From NCBI GenBank assembly GCA_963736115.1, contig CAVTNR010000002.1, forward strand, positions 111,226 to 175,225: DNA of 64,000 nucleotides. Reading direction: 5' to 3'. Of this stretch, positions 59,637 through 64,000 are shown in pieces. Both the position numbers and the translations under genes were made by a program. The stretch comes from an uncultured bacterium. Lineage in GTDB: Bacteria > Zhuqueibacterota > QNDG01 > DTFT01. The notes under the pieces are model-generated. The model was not told the DNA's origin, ran no database searches, and was given only the letters and a program-made list of their open reading frames with translations. How positions within the stretch are numbered: the stretch's first letter is position 1; each line of letters opens with the position of its first letter.

Positions 59637-60875
59637 CTAATACCGGAGCGCGTCCGCCACTTCGATCCGGGCGGCCTTCCGGGCGGGAAAGTATCCGGCG
59701 AAAAATCCGATCAGCCCGAGAACCGTGACCGCGACGATCGCGACGGCCGGGGAGAGAATCGGATGACCGACGTAATCTTCAATGGGCATCATGGAAATCA
59801 ACTGGATGAGAACCACTGAAATCAGGAAACCGATTGCCGCGCTGAGCGCGATGATGATGAAGGTTTCCAGGATGAACTGGCCCATGATGTGGGACCGCCT
59901 GGCCCCGACAGACCGCCGTATGCCGATCTCTTTGGTCCGCTCCTGGACCACGACATACATGATGTTGGCCAGCCCGATGCCGCCGACCGTCAGCGTGAAA
60001 ACGCCGATGATGCCCATGAATATGTTGAACCCGAGCGAGAAGTAGAAAATGAACTTGTCCATCTCGGTGGTGTCCCAGATACCAAGCGCCTGCTTGTCGT
60101 CCGGGTCAAACTGGTATTTCTTCCCGAGAATCTCGTAAATACGGCGCTCGACCGCTTTCTCGAGCCTCGGGTCTACGACTTTGACGACCATGTTCTCAAT
60201 GGTTCGGTTCCCGAAATAGGAAGCGAACGTTGTAGCCGGGATGAACGCCCGGTCCTGATCCTGGGAGCTGTAGGATGAATTCTGCAGTTTTTTGCGTAGC
60301 ACGCCCACGACCAGAAACGGTGAATTGCCGACCAGGACGGTTTCGCCGACCGCGTTCTTCCCCTCCCCGAACAGGTATTCCGCAAGCTTGTTCCCGAGAA
60401 AGACCACCCGCTTCCGATCCCGGACATCCAGGTCGTTGATCCAGCGGCCGCCGTCCTGCGGCCAGATGTGCCGGATAGGGCCGTATTCCGGAATGACGCC
60501 TGCGATGTTCGGCCTGTTGATCTGTTCACCCACGCGCACGGCCGCGCCCCGCGTGCTGTACTCCGGACTGACTGCCTCCAACTCGGGGATGAGCTTCTTG
60601 ATCAGGTAGGCGTCCTCCTCGCGGAGCCGGATGCCCCGGTCCTTGCCGTATCCCTTATAGGGCATGCTCGTCTGGCCCGGCCAGATGATGGTGATGCCTT
60701 CTCCCATGCCGTGCATGTTCTTGCTCATCGACTTCTGCACGCCCGCGCCGAACGCCAGGAGCACGATGATGGTCACCGTTCCCCAGACGATTCCGAACAT
60801 GGTCATGGCCGTGCGCGACTTGTATTGGCGCAGGTAACGGAAAATTTCAGCCAGTGTATCCCGTATTGGATTCAT
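59637..60875 (-). CDS. MacB/FtsX-like ABC permease
   Basis: GIVWG, GIGLANIMYVVVQERTKEIGIR and PARKAA. Confidence 0.93.
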   Translation of the reverse strand: MNPIRDTLAEIFRYLRQYKSRTAMTMFGIVWGTVTIIVLLAFGAGVQKSMSKNMHGMGEGITIIWPGQTSMPYKGYGKDRGIRLREEDAYLIKKLIPELEAVSPEYSTRGAAVRVGEQINRPNIAGVIPEYGPIRHIWPQDGGRWINDLDVRDRKRVVFLGNKLAEYLFGEGKNAVGETVLVGNSPFLVVGVLRKKLQNSSYSSQDQDRAFIPATTFASYFGNRTIENMVVKVVDPRLEKAVERRIYEILGKKYQFDPDDKQALGIWDTTEMDKFIFYFSLGFNIFMGIIGVFTLTVGGIGLANIMYVVVQERTKEIGIRRSVGARRSHIMGQFILETFIIIALSAAIGFLISVVLIQLISMMPIEDYVGHPILSPAVAIVAVTVLGLIGFFAGYFPARKAARIEVADALRY

Positions 60876-60989
60876 ATTTTCCCGCATATTGCCGCCGGAT
60901 CGGATCGTGTGGAACCGCCCCGTTCCGGCCTTGTCCCGGCGCCCGGCCCCGAATTGCAGCCCCCGCCGCGATCGGCGCCCAAAAGCCGC

Positions 60990-62096
60990 TCAGGTGATCG
61001 GCTTGACTTCCTTTTCCAGAACTTCCTGGCCGTTTTCCAGCCCGGTAACGACTTCGATCTGAATGGCATCCGACAGTCCGGTCTCGATTGCGATTTCCTT
61101 CGACCCCTTCTCGCCCTGGGGGATGCGGATGAAAGAGGAATCGTTGCGAAACGTGACCACGCGCTCGGGAATGGAAAGGACGCTGTCTTTCTTCGCAATG
61201 ATGATATTCACGTTCGCGGAGAAACCGGCACGAAGCACGCTTCCCGCGGCGTCGTCGATGACGATCTCGACCGGGAACACGGTCGTATTTTCCTGCTTTC
61301 TGGCCTTGAGCGAGATCAAGGCAACATGGCCCTTCACGGATTTGCCCGGGAGTGCGCCGACCTGGAGCTCGGCGGGCATTCCCTCGTGGATTTTCCCCAC
61401 ATCGATCTCGTCCACCGTGCCCTTGAAGAGGATGTCCTTCATGTCCGCCATTTTCATCAGCTCGGTCCCCGCCTGGTAGGAGGTCAACGGAACCACCGGA
61501 TCCCCGACATTGACGCTCTTCTCCAGCACATACCCGGAAATGGGCGCCTTGATGACCGTCTCGATGTCCGTGTCCGCGATGCGGACCTTGCCTTTTTCGA
61601 TGAGTTGGAGCCGCTCCTGGGCGATTTTGAAACGGAGTTCAGCCTCCTCGTACCGCCTCCGCAGGTTCTCGATTTCCTGGTCCGAGATGAGGCTTTTCTG
61701 TCTCAGCTGATCCCCGCGCTCCATTTCCTTCTGCAGGGTCTTGAGCTCGATTTCGACCATTTCCACGTTCCGCTTGGCCTCGACAAGCTCCATCGGCGTG
61801 GGATCGGGCCTGACCTCCAGCAGTGGCTCACCCCGATGCACATACGCGCCGACTTCCACGTAGATCCTGCCGACCACGCCTGAAATTTTCGACTTCACCG
61901 CGACCTCGTCACGGGGCTCAAGCGAGCCGATGGCCAGCGCTTTCTGGACGATGTCTTTTTTCTCCACTTTCACCGTGGTTCGCTTCGAGTCCGGCTTCTT
62001 CCGTGAAGCCGCAACCACCGCGACCGCGATCACGAGAACCGCGGCCGCGCCGATCAGGATCCATTTCTTCGAGGGTATTCGGAACGGAAGTTTCAT
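60990..62096 (-). CDS. Periplasmic adaptor (MacA/HlyD family)
   Basis: N-terminal TM helix, 'V.SKISG.V..I.V..G..V..G', IKAPISG, VDEIDV and TGLSD. Confidence 0.92.
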   Translation of the reverse strand: MKLPFRIPSKKWILIGAAAVLVIAVAVVAASRKKPDSKRTTVKVEKKDIVQKALAIGSLEPRDEVAVKSKISGVVGRIYVEVGAYVHRGEPLLEVRPDPTPMELVEAKRNVEMVEIELKTLQKEMERGDQLRQKSLISDQEIENLRRRYEEAELRFKIAQERLQLIEKGKVRIADTDIETVIKAPISGYVLEKSVNVGDPVVPLTSYQAGTELMKMADMKDILFKGTVDEIDVGKIHEGMPAELQVGALPGKSVKGHVALISLKARKQENTTVFPVEIVIDDAAGSVLRAGFSANVNIIIAKKDSVLSIPERVVTFRNDSSFIRIPQGEKGSKEIAIETGLSDAIQIEVVTGLENGQEVLEKEVKPIT

Positions 62097-62221
62097 GTCA
62101 GGGGCTCCTTCATCTGTCGTGACGAACAGTAGCATATACGGGCGCCGGGAGGTCTAGGTTGCGGGATTTCATGCGCGGGACCAGATTGTTAACGGACAGC
62201 GGGATCGGCGGGAAGCAATTT

Positions 62222-62455
62222 TTATTCCGAATCCGGAAAGTCAGCGGGAGAAAACGGCCGTGGACCGCATCAGGCGCCGCACGTCCGCGGGCCGGACCGT
62301 TCCCGCGGTCGGCGTCATCACATTCGCGGCTCCGCAGGCCATGGCCAGCCCCTCAGAATTCCAGGCATACTCTCATGACGGATACAAGCCGCCGCCATAC
62401 CCGCGGCCATGGCATCTCCGGACCCGATGGGATTGACGGTTTTCAACCTGGGGCC
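62222..62455 (-). pseudogene. 3' fragment of a PfkB/1-phosphofructokinase-family kinase, truncated at ~62455
   Basis: TVNPIGSGDAMAAG, then after a frameshift LAMACGAANVMTPTAG...SE*. The 5' part is missing. Confidence 0.72.
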
Positions 62456-62614
62456 GATATCAATGGCAAGATTGTTCACGGAGCAGGGGATGGCGCAGGC
62501 CCCTTTGTAATCGTCACCCGCCTTGGTGAGAGTGCATGACACGGTCATGGTTTGCGCTTGCGCGGCGAATGTGCCGACCGGCGCGGCCAGGATGGCAATG
62601 AGACGAATAGGCAT
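62455..62614 (-). pseudogene. 5' fragment of a small secreted Cys-containing protein
   Basis: SD ggagga, then MPIRLIAILAA...AQA signal-like region and CTL...CAIPC. Runs in frame into the pfkB fragment. Confidence 0.45.
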
Positions 62615-62695
62615 CGTGCGTTCCTCCAATTCTTTCCAGAGGAGCATGTCAAAGTTATTGCATCAATTGAAATTATCTCATCTTATATTGCGGAA

Positions 62696-63589
62696 ATGGA
62701 AATCAAGCCACATATGCTCAGGGCGTTCTGCGCCGTTGTCGCGAGCGAATCCTTGCAAGGAGCCGGAGCGCGTGTCGGTCGTTCGGCTTCGGCCTTAGTG
62801 GATCATCGCAGAACTTGAAATCGAACTCGGCGTGCCGCTTTTCGATGGAGCAAAGGCGCATGACCCCCACCCCCGCAGCCCGTGAGTTTTTCCCGCGTGC
62901 TCGCGATGCCCTGTTGCTCTGGGATCATCTGGCCCGTTTTGGTCGAGCAATCGGGAGAAGACAAGCCGGATCGATCCTGCGTGTCGCCGCCCTCTCGCGC
63001 CACGCCGAGTCGGTTGTGGCGCCTGCTGTTGCAGGTTGATGCAGGATGGAGTCGATCTCGATCTCGTTATGCTCGATCTGCATGCGCAGCGGGATTTCGA
63101 CTGTCGCGTCTCGCCCGGCCTTTTGACATCGGTTTCGGCGATCTCGCGAGCAGCCTTGCCGATCTCGATTCAACCGTGCTGGCCCGATCGGAGATTGTTG
63201 CGGTGGTTCCTCGCGGTCATCCTCTGGAGTGCGCCTGACCATTTCGCCTGAAGAACTGGCGGGGTTTCCACTGGTGCAACTTCAGCGCGACACCGTGATT
63301 GGCAAGATCGTGCGTGAACAACTGGGAAGGCATGCCAGATTTGCTCGTAGTCGCCGAGGTCTCCCATACGCAGCTTGCCTTGAGATTCGTCATCGAGGGT
63401 ACGGGGGTGCATGTCACCGATCGTCTCGCCGCGATCGGCGCACGCGAAAAAGGCTGTCGGCTGATCCCACTCAGACCCGCCGAATCTGTCCCGTTTCTTA
63501 GCGTTCTGGCCCCACCAACCCGAAGCCCTGGCGGGAATCAAGTCGGCCTTGATCGCTTCGATCGCCACCGAAATCGAACGATCCGGTGA
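62696..63589 (+). pseudogene. LysR-family regulator, heavily frameshifted
   Basis: MEIKPHMLRAF..V.....L..A..R.GRS.SA HTH, 'R.MTPT.AA', 'VP.GHPL' and 'V.EG.GV' fragments in changing frames. Confidence 0.7.
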
Positions 63590-63611
63590 CGACCTCCAAG
63601 CCTGACCCGCG

Positions 63612-64000
63612 TCACGCTGCCTTCGCGCGAGGCTTGATGAGCCCGCGATTGATCAGGCGTTCCCGCGATCTGGATGGCGTTGAGCGCTGCGCCCTTGCGC
63701 AGGTTGTCGAGACGCACCAGAAGGCAACCGTGCTCAGCATGTTTATCCTCGCGGTTGCGGCTTCGATATAGGTCGCATGTTCGCCCGCCGCATCGAGCGG
63801 GGTGATGTAGCCTCCGCCTCGCGCTGTCTCGACGATCAGCAGGTCCCGGCGGCCGGCCGCCAGCGATTCGCGTGCTTCCTCGGCGGTCACGGGCTTCTCG
63901 AACTCGATATTCACGCTCTCGGAATGGCCGATGAAGACCGCACACGCACGTGGCCGTCAGCTTGATCTTCGGATCGAGAAGGTCTTCTTCGTCTCGGCCA
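63612..64000 (-). pseudogene. asd: 3' part of an alphaproteobacterial-type asd, degraded or error-rich, running off the window
   Basis: FIGHSESVNIEFEKP.TA.EAR, GGYITP.DAAGE.ATYI, DNLRKGAALNAIQIA and LINRGLIKP. Confidence 0.75.

Noticed and set aside
62318-62647. 109-aa ORF as a genuine secreted-protein/PfkB fusion
   Set aside because: It spans the suspected chimeric junction and contains only the last PfkB motif.
1-64000. tRNA, rRNA or known riboswitch genes
   Set aside because: No cloverleaf, rRNA-like or recognisable riboswitch sequence was found by eye. A covariance-model search would be needed to exclude them fully.

Overview
High-GC bacterial chromosomal window. The gene content, especially several secreted proteins ending in an 'NxPNPFNP..WDG..SGVY..K.LL' Ig-like sorting domain, suggests an FCB-associated lineage such as KSB1 or Calditrichota (inference). 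Contents: (i) a housekeeping operon yebC-ruvCAB-queA-ispD-ispF-dedA-gltX-lytic transglycosylase; (ii) a SPOR lipoprotein and a FadL-family outer-membrane protein; (iii) a ~16.7-kb run of four large secreted modular proteins (SGNH/FN3/Ig giant, beta-helix, cohesin-like, PKD), preceded by a sigma54 -24/-12 motif, an IHF site and a TGT-N10-ACA palindrome, and lying just downstream of a GT4/deacetylase/GT-C glycosylation trio; (iv) thrA-asd, an NMO/FabK-like gene with a divergent two-component system, cstA and an M1 aminopeptidase; (v) iscS-nadA-mnmA and spoIID-era-metalloenzyme-ttcA-DUF151; (vi) arsR with a 22-aa lysine-rich micro-ORF, galT with a eukaryote-like UGPase, and MacB-like permeases. 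A modular family of GC-rich palindromic intergenic elements recurs at four sites. Nine single-base frameshifts, several in homopolymers and in housekeeping genes, point to long-read indel errors. The last ~1.55 kb looks like foreign, error-ridden alphaproteobacterial-like DNA joined onto a truncated pfkB. No rRNA, tRNA, CRISPR array or transposase gene was recognised.
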